Source: Dicyema japonicum
Taxonomy: Eukaryota > Animalia > Dicyemida
Assembly: GCA_011109175.1 (NCBI GenBank)
Contig: RDEW01000004.1
Coordinates: 1,176,410-1,240,409, forward strand
Reading direction: 5' to 3'
Length of the DNA: 64,000 nt
Part shown: positions 39,651-50,790 of the stretch, piece after piece
How the letters are laid out: each line of letters begins with the position of its first letter
How positions within the stretch are numbered: position 1 is the first letter of the stretch
The notes under the pieces: generated by a model
What the model saw: only the letters and a program-made list of their open reading frames with translations
What the model was told of the DNA's origin: nothing
The model's database searches: none
Made by a program: the position numbers and the translations under genes

Positions 39651-42159
39651 CTAAACCATATTTTGATCCAAGTTTTCATCATCCTGCTTTTCTCCATTCT
39701 TTGACTTGTTCTCTCCAGATTCTTCACTTTCATTCATTTCGTCATTTAATGGAACATCCTCGTTCGAGGGATTCTGACTGGTTGGAGCTTCCGTATTTTT
39801 CACATCCTGGTCGCTGTGACTCTCGTCTTTGTCTTGAGAAATCTCAGGTGATTCTTCTGCCTCAGTATTAGCTAAAATTCTAATTTATTCTGTACAGTTC
39901 TGAGATTCCTTGATGCATTTTAAATATGTTTCGAATTGTTGGGAATTTTTAATGCAGAACATTCCATTGAAGCCATTTTCTCTCCCATAATGCGCGCGTA
40001 TACTGAAATAGAACGGAGATAAACCTGCTTGGAGCTTCATTTCTTGCTGTCTCCAAATCCTCAGGACCAGCGAGTTTCTGTAACTCAGATATTGCGTCTA
40101 TTTTGCTCACCACAACACACGTCATTATTTTACTGAGCAAATAATTATTCCATAAACCCGGATATCTCGTCGATGAGATCCATGTTAACTTCTTCGCTAA
40201 ATATAAGTTTCAGGAGATCCTCAGTCCCCCTGAAGCTGATAGATTCATGAACAGTAAACTGCTCATCTTGTATCCTTCCCATGATGGAATCTAATTCTTA
40301 GTCTACCAAACCGACCTTGATTTTCGTCGGACAAAATAATTGCCAGGGACTGTTGTATTGGAAAAAAGTACTCAATTTCCTTATCAGCTTCAGCCTGCGA
40401 GCTTGAACCGTGGATTAAGTTGATGGGGACATCATTGAGTTTAAATTTTGCGCGTAAACTTATATTAAGAAGATGAGAACCAGCCAGGGTCAAAATTGGC
40501 AGCATTTATTTTTGGGCCCAATAATTTGCGCCACTCAGAAACTGAGTTATTCTTTTCCAGAATAAGAGCCATTGAAACTCCAGAGGTCATTTTTTCGATT
40601 AGAGTCTCATAGTGGTCCTTTCCCTTTTGGTTTTCATAAAAATCTTCTGCTTGGTTTCTCGACAATTGGATTTCTTTACTCGCAACAACTTTGAATCCTT
40701 GCTGTTGAATGTCAGAGAGGATTGAGTCTGCCCATAACTGAAAAATCAAAACCCTTAAAGTTTGCGACCCCATCAGGCCGAATAAGTGCAAGAGTATGAT
40801 TATTTTTGGACGAAGTATCATCTTGGGAGCCGATTTGAAAGTCGGGGAAGAAATACGAAAGTTCACTGTGGGCTTCGTATTCGTCTGAACTGCCATGGAT
40901 TGCGTTGATGAGTTTACTCTTTCCATATATTGCCCGCACACAAAATAGTTTCACATATTTTACCTGTTGGGCTCAGAGGTTTTAGCTTCCTCCACGTTTT
41001 TGGGACCAATAATTTTACGGATTTCGTTGATGACGTTGGAGTCGGGGGAACTTTTATTTTACCTGTTGGGCTCAGAGGTTTTAGCTTCCTCCACGTTTTT
41101 GGGACCAATAATTTTACGGATTTCGTTGATGACGTTGGAGTCGGGGGAACTTTTTGAAATGGCGAGAATACAGCTTATTCCACTACAAATGTACTCAATT
41201 ACGTCATTGTAATATTCCTATATGAAATATTTTACAATATAAACCTCTCCTTCTATGTGGGTGTACAACTGGCGGGCTTCGACCTCAGTAAGTTGACGAT
41301 CTTCTCGTTTGAGAATCTCTATTCCGGAACTTGTACTCAATTACGTCATTGTAATATTCCTATATGAAATATTTTACAATATAAACCTCTCCTTCTATGT
41401 GGGTGTACAACTGGCGGGCTTCGACCTCAGTAAGTTGACGATCTTCTCGTTTGAGAATCTCTATTCCGGAACTTTTAATCTAAAGTAATTTCAACTTTAA
41501 ACAATTTCAAGTATTTCGTCCAACTTTCCTTGCTGAATGACGTCCGGTTTGACGATAGCCACAGCCACAATTTTGTTGGCTAAGTAAATAAATAGGATAA
41601 CTATGATCCGTTGTAGCCGATTCTGTTTTCTCCACCTGCACGGTCTTTATGTTGGGATCTTTGATCTAACATAGATAACATAGTGGATCACTTCTTTTCT
41701 GACAATGTCTCCACTAATCACCTTGTGTTCTCTTTGTAGCTCGTCCACGATCATTTTACTCAATAACGGGGCGTCTAGTCCCCTCTTTTGAGCTACCAGA
41801 GTTCCTCCCTCTTTTATTGATTTATAATTACAGCATAAAATAGAAAACAAGGCTGGCAACGACCTCTGTAGTGAACGAGCGAATCAACAGTGTCTGATTT
41901 AGCCTAATCTTTGTTGAACTAGACTCTATTTAACATACCACGGCAAATTGTAGTAAATCATCTCCCAATTCATTTTTGATTCTCTTAAAGATGCTCTCAA
42001 TCGCGATACATGGTTGACACCAATCCTGATAAACGTCCACAACTAAATACCCTTTATTGTAATTTATCAACCACAAAGTCCAGGCTTTGAGAGCATAGCA
42101 TTCCAATCTTCCTGATTGTCGATTGGTATTCTTAACTGGGTTTCTCTTTTTCTTGCCAT
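39651..42159 (-). CDS. NME8: Thioredoxin domain + three NDK-like domains (NME8/NME9, TXNDC3/6; dynein IC1-like), about 15 exons
   Basis: N-terminus MARKRETQLRI..VVDVYQDWCQPC..YRGRCQPCFLFYAGG, then NDK blocks IVKPD, VRAIYG..NAIHGS, LIRPDG and LRAKF..NLIHGS. Fourteen introns of 19-35 nt, one of them GT-TG (40941-40963). Duplications lie at ~40956-41152 and 41190-41475. NME8 versus NME9 is not resolved. Confidence 0.85.
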
Positions 42160-42789
42160 TTTAAATTGTCATGACAACAATATTTTATTTAAAGTTGAGA
42201 TCGATTATACTCATTCTTATAACTCGATGATTGTCGATTGGTATTCTTAACTGGGTTTCTCTTTTTCTTGCCATTTTAAATTGTCATGACAACAATATTT
42301 TATTTAAAGTTGAGATCGATTATACTCATTTTTATAACTCGAAGAAATTATGGACTCGGATAAAGGAAGAGACATGTACACTACGTGCTATAGGTTCCCG
42401 TCTAGAACAATGGCTTTAAAGAAATAAGGGAATTATTGATTAGTTACTAACCACAGATCAGAGTGATATGCATTCCTTCCAAGATCACGTCCATCCATAA
42501 CCACCATTGCATCTCTGTAATATGATATTTCAGATTTTTGAACATATTTCCAACTTTCTCGATACATTTGTAGAATTAGGATAAGGTAAACCTTCATTAA
42601 TCAAAACAAAAAAAATTTGGATGTCTTTCGAATTGTGAGGGTTTCGGATTGTGAGAGGAATAAATATACTAATTTTATTGAATTAATATTTATGTTTTCA
42701 TGTATAATAATCTCTCCATTTTCAGATCAATAATTTCGACATTATAATCTTCAAAAAAATGGTGACACTTTCGTTTGTCGAGCAATTCT

Positions 42790-43080
42790 GTTTGAGTTAT
42801 TTTTTCTTAATTAGAAAATGAATCAAGGCATTTAATTGTCCAAGTCTTTTTTAAACAATTTTTATTGTGTCTTGTTTACTTTATCATGAGATACCATAAT
42901 GACGGCCTTCCATAAATTGACAGAATTTCTTTTCCAAATCAAGGGCTTTCATATAATCCCAAATAAGCCTATTTCATAGTAATTCTTAAAGTTCTTGATT
43001 ATGCCTGAATTGATTAAAGATAAGCAGTTGTATTTTTGGAAGGAATAAAATTTTAATTTTCAAAAAATTTCGTTATCTAT
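42790..43080 (-). mobile_element. Tigger/pogo DDE remnant
   Basis: Frameshifted 'FLPKNTTA....GIIKNFKNYY' and 'TIKNCFKK'-like motifs. Confidence 0.6.
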
Positions 43081-43189
43081 CAGTAAAAAGAACTGGTTTC
43101 CTTAACATTTTAATTCATCACTAAGATGACTGATGATATTAAAAAATCCAGTTTCATCCATTTTAGAATGCGTCAGGGTCAACTTTTAA

Positions 43190-44550
43190 CTTACAATCAT
43201 ATTTTTTTGGACGGAATCCCTGCAATAGTTCTGAAAAACATAGCCCCCTATGCTATCATGGCTTTCATCAAAATTTTCAACTTTTCAATCAACGAAAATT
43301 GTATTCCTTCCATATGGAAGCTATCAAACATACGACCAATTCTGAAACCCGGGCGACTAAATGGATCACTAACCTCATACAGACCAATATCTCTTCTATG
43401 TGTTACATCAAAAATTTTGTAAAAGCTGATTCTTGAACTAATCAAACCATACCTTCCTGATGCACCTTTTCAACACGGATTCAGGAAAGGACACTCAACA
43501 GAAACACATCTTACATATCTTACAAATTTCATCAAGGATGGCCTAAAACGCAAACCTCATCAGAAGTCTTTGTTATGCTCCATCGATGTAGAAAAAGCTT
43601 TCGACATTGTCCCAAGAAAACTGTTGATAAGGAAGATCTTTACGTCAAAAATCCCAAACAACCTGAAAATCTAGATTGCAAATTTCCTAAATGGAAGAAG
43701 AGGAAGAGTGACTGCTAGAAAAACTATGTCAGTGACCAAGTTTTTTCCAAATGGGGTCCCTCGAGGATCTACACTGTCACCACACCTGTTCAACCTATCC
43801 CTAAATGATATGTCCTTCCTTACCAGTGAAGATACTCTGATTCTGACATATGCGGATGATATAATCGTCGCAGTCAAAGACCAGTGCGTTAATACTGCTG
43901 TATACCAGCTTCATTGGACGATCTGAACTGCTGGCTCGTTAAGAACATTTTACATACAAGTCCCGAAAAGTCTTATACAACAATTTTCACAACAGAAGAT
44001 TGACAAACTCCACTCCATGTGTAACCATAAATGGAAACTCAATCACCACAACCAACTCGGTCAAGATACTGGGCATAACATACGACCTTCAGCAAACACA
44101 TCGACAACGTCATTTTTTCGCCACAAAGAAAGTTAATTTTTGTTAAAACACTTCTTGGATAATATAAGTGGTGTTTCAACTCAAATCTGGACTCGCTCTA
44201 CGTGCAGTATATTTAACCGTCTCTAACTTACGGGTGTGCTGCATGGAGAACCAACCTATCAAACGCGAATATGGAAAAAATCAATGCATTCCAAAAAAAT
44301 GGTCAGTAAGGCTCTGCAAAGGTTTTCCCAGACACCTCAAAACCCTACACCATTTAAGGAATTAGTGAGGAAAACCGGAGCCTTACTACCCCCAAAAAAG
44401 TTAGAAACCCCTATCCAATCCGGAAATGCGTTGGAACTAGGAAAGAACATTGAGCAAGAATGAAATGGCTATTTGAAGCGGCCGGAATCATTTGACGGCT
44501 ATTAGTTATTTAATTTGTCGGTGACTTTTGGATTTAATAAATAATAAACA
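43190..44550 (+). mobile_element. Degenerate LINE RT with 3' end
   Basis: SYRPISLLCVTSKI, QHGFRKG, IDVEKAFD, GVPRGSTLSP and YADD; ends in a taataaataataaa tail. Confidence 0.9.
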
Positions 44551-44579
44551 CGACGTGAGATATGCATTGAAAGACATTG

Positions 44580-45560
44580 TTTTTATTGTTATTGAACCAG
44601 AAAACCACCGTCAAATCCAAAATAAACAAAATTCAATTGATCCCAGGCTCCCTCAACAGTCTCCGTACCTTTTCTCGGTGATCCGACTGCGTTCCTGCGC
44701 ATTTCCGATATGGACAGGGTCCGCATATTGAGTCCATTGCAAGAGCACTGTTCCAGTCGCTTCTATCATATTTTCAAGGTTTCTGGGCAGGTTTCCACAC
44801 GGGAAGATTTCCTTAGTAGGTTTGCTGCCTTGACTTAAATGTTGCAGATCTTGTCCAAATTCGTTGCAGAAAAATTAGATTCCCAGACACTACATGCGTA
44901 TCCTATTGTAGACTCGATAAACTGTTTGTATATGACATCCAATCCACTCAGATCTTTTTTGTATCTTAGGTTTCCCAAGAACGCCTTCAGGAAATTGATT
45001 TTCCTCGTACAAGTCAATAACATATTTTCGACATGTTTTGTAAAGGTTAAGGTATCAAAGGTAACTCCTTGGATTTTTTGGAATTTGTTTTGCGGGATAT
45101 TTTTCCCATGCAGTGTGACGTCAATTGATATTATCCCTAGTCTTCTGTTTGTCGTAAATAGGGTCAACACCGACTTCCCCTGGCTATCAGTCAATTGATT
45201 TTTCCAAAGCCATAAACTAAGTTTATTCAGATTGTCCTTTACTCTTCTCGTTGCTTCGGTAATACTCACATTCCTCGAACCAATGACTATATCATCCACA
45301 TACGTTAATAATGTGTCATCGTACCCCTGTTGGAGTGGCAAGTCATTCATCATAAGGTTAAACAAGAGGGGAGATAATGAGGAGCCCTGAGGAACGCTAT
45401 TTACGTTTGAGACAATTCCTTTCTTTTCTTAGTTTGATTGTGCTAGGATCATATTTTTTCTTGGTGAGTTTTAAGATTCCTTTTTTAACAAATAGTTCGA
45501 ATTCTGACATATAACAAGTGTTTTGAATTTCATCATCTAAAAAATGTTCAGTTCTCTGGG
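44580..45560 (-). mobile_element. Internally deleted copy of the LINE at 20740-23190
   Basis: The RT 3' half is near-identical to 22440-23150. It is fused directly (ctcaaacgtaaa|tagcgttcctcag) to linker sequence matching ~21300-21395. Confidence 0.85.
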
Positions 45561-46199
45561 CTGGTAATTCGATCACTTTAATATCAGACACAAAAACAGT
45601 ATTGAATCCCGAAGTTACAAATAATAGTCTAAAAATAAATTTTATAAAACTAACCTGAAAGGTGATTTTCCAGTAGCACAATGAATAGAATATATTTATA
45701 AACAGTATTTTCAATCCAATTATTAAATTTGGATTGAAATAGAGTTTTCGCTAACCAACACTTTATCGTTTGATTTTAGCGTTCCACCTGCCCTTGTGAT
45801 TGAGGGTGTCTTGGTCTACCATGAATCGCCGTTATCCCCCGATCACAAAATAATGTTGAAACTTCAGTGTTACAAAACTCTTTTTCAACCCTTTTTACGC
45901 TTAATCGCTTTATTGACTCAAACTAAAATTTTTTGTTTTTTGAGGGAACAAGGGACCGATCCTTCGACCTCTTCTATTTTCGACCCTTTTCACACTTAAT
46001 CGTTTTATTGACTCGAACTAAATTTTTTTGTTTTTTGAGGGAACAAGGGACAGATTTTTCGAAGCAAAACTTAGTGGCTGTTAATGTTTTCAAGTGAAAA
46101 ATTTGTCTTATCAACCCGGACATCACATACGACATTTATTACAACTTAGACAATCACTGTCAGTTATTAAAGTTTCTTAAAGGCAAGCATATGTCAAGC

Positions 46200-46520
46200 T
46201 GACTTATTTTGGATCTCTTTCATGAATAACATAATCGTGTGTGGGGACTTTAATGGCAGGAATCATCCATGTTCTCTCAAAAGGAAACTAAATAAACAAA
46301 GGAACTATATCTCGTCGCAGATTGAAATCCTCGTCGTCCTAAATAACCTTCTCCATGACACGTACAGTCTTACTACTCGGCAAATCCAACACCTCCATGA
46401 TATCTCTAGTTGCTAACCAGAAATACTCTCCAGATTTCCAGGTCAGTAGTGTATGACCTTCTTTTTGACCACAACCCGATATTCTTAAGTCAAAAGATTC
46501 AATCAAATTAGAACTGCTAA
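46200..46520 (+). mobile_element. LINE endonuclease fragment
   Basis: IIVCGDFNGRNH and DHNPI motifs. Confidence 0.6.
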
Positions 46521-46779
46521 AAAGACTTTAATCAATTAAAAAACGGATTTTGGTTCCAATTCGAACAAGAAACTGGCCTGTGCTTTTCGGAATTTGAAGT
46601 CGAACATTTTTGCTCGATTAATTCCGAAAATAAACATTTCAACAAATGCATACTCACAGGAGACAGAAAATACGTTTCCAAGAGATTCATCCATTGAGAA
46701 AAAACACTCTTCACTAAGGATAACATCGAACTTATAAAAGAGGCGCGTTATAAAAAAGAGTGGCGTCCGAAATACCAAT

Positions 46780-47360
46780 TCAGCCGGCAGACGATGGAAG
46801 GTCGTTAGAGTACACACGTCGATTTTGACAGAAACAAAAGTCCAATACAATAAACCTGATATTTTTGTGTATGACAAAACAAAGAAGGAAGTAACTTTAA
46901 TTAAAGTGGGGATTATTTCACAAGACCGACTAAGTTGAATTTGAGAAACTTCACAAATATGACTTGCTAGCAAATGAACTTTCGCTGCTCTATGAATGCC
47001 AAGTGAAGATTATTCCAGTGGTTTTGACATGGGATGGAGTTGTCTCAAGATGCTTCAAGAATCATATGGATAAATTATCTATTGAAGAATCAACGAGGAC
47101 TTACATCCAATCGGTTGTACTGAAGAGAACGCTCGAAAGTATGCTCATTGAACATAAGCATGGGATGAAGGTATACGATGAAGAGTACGCCTCTGCTTCC
47201 TCCCAACTTGTGGAACTGGCATGCCGTGAGGACAGCCCACTGGACTCTAACGGAGATATTTTGACTGAATCTGATGTGGAGATGCGGAGTAACAGAGAGG
47301 TTATGGCACATTCTTCTTCTAAGAGAAGAAGAATGATTACCAACAATCTGGATTAAAATA
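46780..47360 (+). mobile_element. RLE-type non-LTR retrotransposon C-terminus (R4/NeSL-like PD-(D/E)xK nuclease)
   Basis: NKPDIFVYDKTKKEVTLIKVGIISQDRL ... YDLLANELSLLYECQVKIIPVVLTWDGVV; one stop and a frameshift. Confidence 0.8.
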
Positions 47361-48299
47361 CGCTTAATTAGTTGATTTACTCGTTATTGTCTTAAAAAAA
47401 TAATAATTGCTCCCCGAGAGAAGGAGAAGACAGTTACCACGTATGGGCGCTTTCTATCTCCACGATCCAGAGACGACGGGAATCCAACCGCCTAGTCATC
47501 ATGAGTGATGTTAAAAACTTATCAAAAATGCAAAAAAAACTCTCCTGCCAAAGACCTGATGGAATCTTTATTTAAAACACATGGGAATGCAGGGACTTAA
47601 AGCGATTACAAATATCATTTCTGTCTCCATCAACAACTTTCGGACATTCTTGCCTTGATTTACTTAACCAAGGCGTTTGATCGAACATCAAGGAAAGTCA
47701 TAAGTAGGGCGAATTTTTATAAACATAAAAAATAAAAAAATTAACTTTATTAACCTAAAAACTAAAAAAATTAACCCAAAAATTTAACTAACAATAAAAA
47801 CACTAAAACTTTTTGTTGCACATACAAATTACATAATTTTCTAAATTTCCTTGTAGAAAATGTCTGTTGGATCTTAGAAAATTCTTTATCTCAGAGAAAC
47901 ATCGCTCAACCGAGCACTAAGTTGGCTGACAATTCAGGAGTAATGAATACTCGGTAGGNAATAAAAAAATTAACTTTATTAACCTAAAAACTAAAAAAAT
48001 TAACCCAAAAATTTAACTAACAATAAAAACACTAAAACTTTTTGTTACACATACAAATTACATAATTTTCTAAATTTCCTTGTAGAAAATGTATGTTGGA
48101 TCTTAGAAAATTCTTTATCTCAAAAAAACATCGTTCAACCGAGCATTAAATTGGCTGACAATTCAGGAGTAATGAATACTTGGCAAGAGATATGTGTGAA
48201 TTAGTCATTTTAATTATGTTTGAAATATCATTTTTTGAAGCCTTTTATTTATGTATTCTTTAATAAATTTGTTGTCATTTCCAAATTCCAACGATTCTA

Positions 48300-48600
48300 A
48301 TCCATCACATGCTTGTTTAATTCTGAAGCGTGTACTTTGATAATATCTGCAATAGCGACATTATTCGGAAACCTGGAATGTTCGAATAGCTTCAGATAAG
48401 GTCACATAGACAGCTAACTAACGGTGAGGGAACTCGTACAGAGCCTCCGTAAAACAGTTCTCTAAGCCACGGCATAGATAGTTTGTTTAGTGGAATATCA
48501 GATTTTATAAATGCTCTGGTAACTTGTAGAGCCCAATCATCATTTTTGGAATATTGGTAAATGTGTGTTTGGTGCGATTCGGTCAGATTATCTAGAAAAA
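48300..48600 (-). mobile_element. hAT-like (CGGBP1/DUF659-related) transposase fragment
   Basis: Translation DDWALQVTRAFIKSDIPLNKLSMPWLRELF matches the 'F...NIPL.KL..P..R.FL' motif. Confidence 0.55.
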
Positions 48601-48948
48601 ATAATTGTTATATCGCAAAACTCAATGAATTTTCATCAAAATAAATTTTGATGGGAATTCACAAAATGCCTTTTTTTGCCTTTTCTCGCATATTTTATTA
48701 CACAAACAGAGTCGACAATATATCACACCATCCTCAAGAATCATAAATTCTTTAGGATAATACTTTACAATGGCCTTAGCTTTAATTTGGTACTATTTTG
48801 CTATCTTATATATGTCAACCAAAAATTTTAGTGGCAAAATATATTATTAATAGTTAATTTAAAAAAAATAAATTAAATCAAAAATTATAAAGTTAAAATA
48901 ATTTTAACTTTATAATTTTAAATTTTAACCTAATAATATTGTTTAATA

Positions 48949-49951
48949 TGTCACATGGGCCAAGCCTTACCTATGGGAAGCCTGCTACATTACCTTGAAC
49001 CAAGATTGACTTCAATTAATTTTATAAATGATTTATTAACCACAAAAAATTAAATTTAAGTAACTTTTTTTAGTCTACTGATTAATACAGTCAATATTTC
49101 TCCTTTCGATTTTTTATCTATCAAATTAAACTATTTAAAACTACCTCCACGCGATTATTCGATAAAATATTAATTATTTCTGCAGCTGGATAATACTGAG
49201 ACTCAAACTTATCCATTCGCAATGAGGGATTTGTTCCAAAGTCCTTTTTAGCTATTTATTAATGTTTTTAATTCATACTTTATCTCCCATGTTAAAAGTT
49301 TACTATTATGAACATTCATTATCCTGTTCATAGCTTTGTAATAATTCGAATTTTCTTTAATCGATTTAATTTCGAAATTGAATCTTTTCGCATTCGGACA
49401 CAAATTATCTAACTGGGAATTATCTAGATATAAATTTTTTAAATCAAACTACGTGAATTTTCAATAGATTCTGAAGTCGATCAATTAACCAATTCGGTTT
49501 CATTATCCAGGGATATGATCAACTTGGAATCAGTTGATTTAAGATACAGTCTAAAATTATTGCAAATTTACAATACCTGTCATTGATAATGGAAAAATTC
49601 TCTATCTTCTTTACAAGCCTATATTTTCGGTGCCTCGGAAGATTTTCGGGAAATTTATCACGCAAAGCATCTTTTAAAGTTAGATATTCTACGCAATCTA
49701 TCACAAAACCCTTGTAAGAAGCCATTGCAACAAAATAATCTTCCATGCTATAAATCACGCTAGAAATCTAGGTTTACCGCTATAAAAAATAAAATCTTTA
49801 TAATCATAACATTTATGAATAAAAAACTAATTTAACAGGATTAAATCACGATATAAATCGGATATACAAAATTAAATGTCGGATAATCAAAAGACTTTTT
49901 AAAGGTCGAAAAAATGTAACAGGCTGTCCATGCGTTACGCGCCATGTGACA
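48949..49951 (-). mobile_element. Ginger-like (integrase-type) non-autonomous DNA transposon
   Basis: 10-bp TIRs TGTCACATGG / CCATGTGACA, with TAATA on both sides. The internal decayed integrase N-terminus (YL...FPENLPRHRKYRLVKKIENFSIIND|RLYLK ... FVSEC) contains a 26-nt GT-AG intron at 49551-49576. Confidence 0.6.
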
Positions 49952-50159
49952 TAATATACATTTATTTATAATAAAATATAGTTAAAAATCATTTTAATGA
50001 TTATTTATTAACTATTATTAAATTTTAACTTTTTTAACTTAGCCCTAGTCATAAGTAACAAAATTCTTGCATCTTGAATTCCTACACGTTTTCAAAATTT
50101 TTCAACGAATTTTCTCTCTAGAAGAATTGGTCAGGCTGAAATGATGTAATGTATATCTA

Positions 50160-50790
50160 ATCACTGATTCCTTCCAAGCGGAGTCCTCCAAGCCTCCGTT
50201 TTGTCTCCTACCTTATTCAACTAGCACCTAAGCGATATTCCAACCAATTCTGAGACATTTCTATTATATGCGGTTGACCTAATTATCGTCTCTAACGACA
50301 ATGAAGTTACGAAACAACGAAGGATGTTCAGAACCACTTGAACTCTCTTGAAGAGTGGCTTGGAACAAATCACCTATCCCCTTCTCCGTTGAAATCCACC
50401 GTCATTGTATTCACGTCCAACCGCTTCCAACTAAATTTTCAACCAATTTTAACAATTCATGGACAAACACTTCTCATTACGAAACATTGGAGTCATCTTC
50501 AACCAACTACTGACTTTCGAAACATGTGGAGGAACAAGGCCTCTCGCAAAATCAAAATACTGAAAGCTGTCTCAGGCCATTTCTTCGGCCAAAGCAGAGA
50601 ACCTACTCATATGTAAACAATTCATCCGAACCACAATTAACTATGCAAGTCTTTGTTTGTCAACCTCTGCCTCCCTCACTTCTATCGACAAACTACAAAA
50701 AGTCCAAAATATCGCGCTCAGATCAATTACTGGATGTCTCAGATCAACCCCTATTGATCATCTTCACTGGGAATCAAATAACGTGCGATT
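50160..50790 (+). mobile_element. Degenerate LINE RT fragment
   Basis: 'SVLSPTLFN', YAVD (for YADD), SPSPLKSTVIVFTSNR and ASRKIKILKAVSG; closely parallels the 8080-9625 family. Confidence 0.8.
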
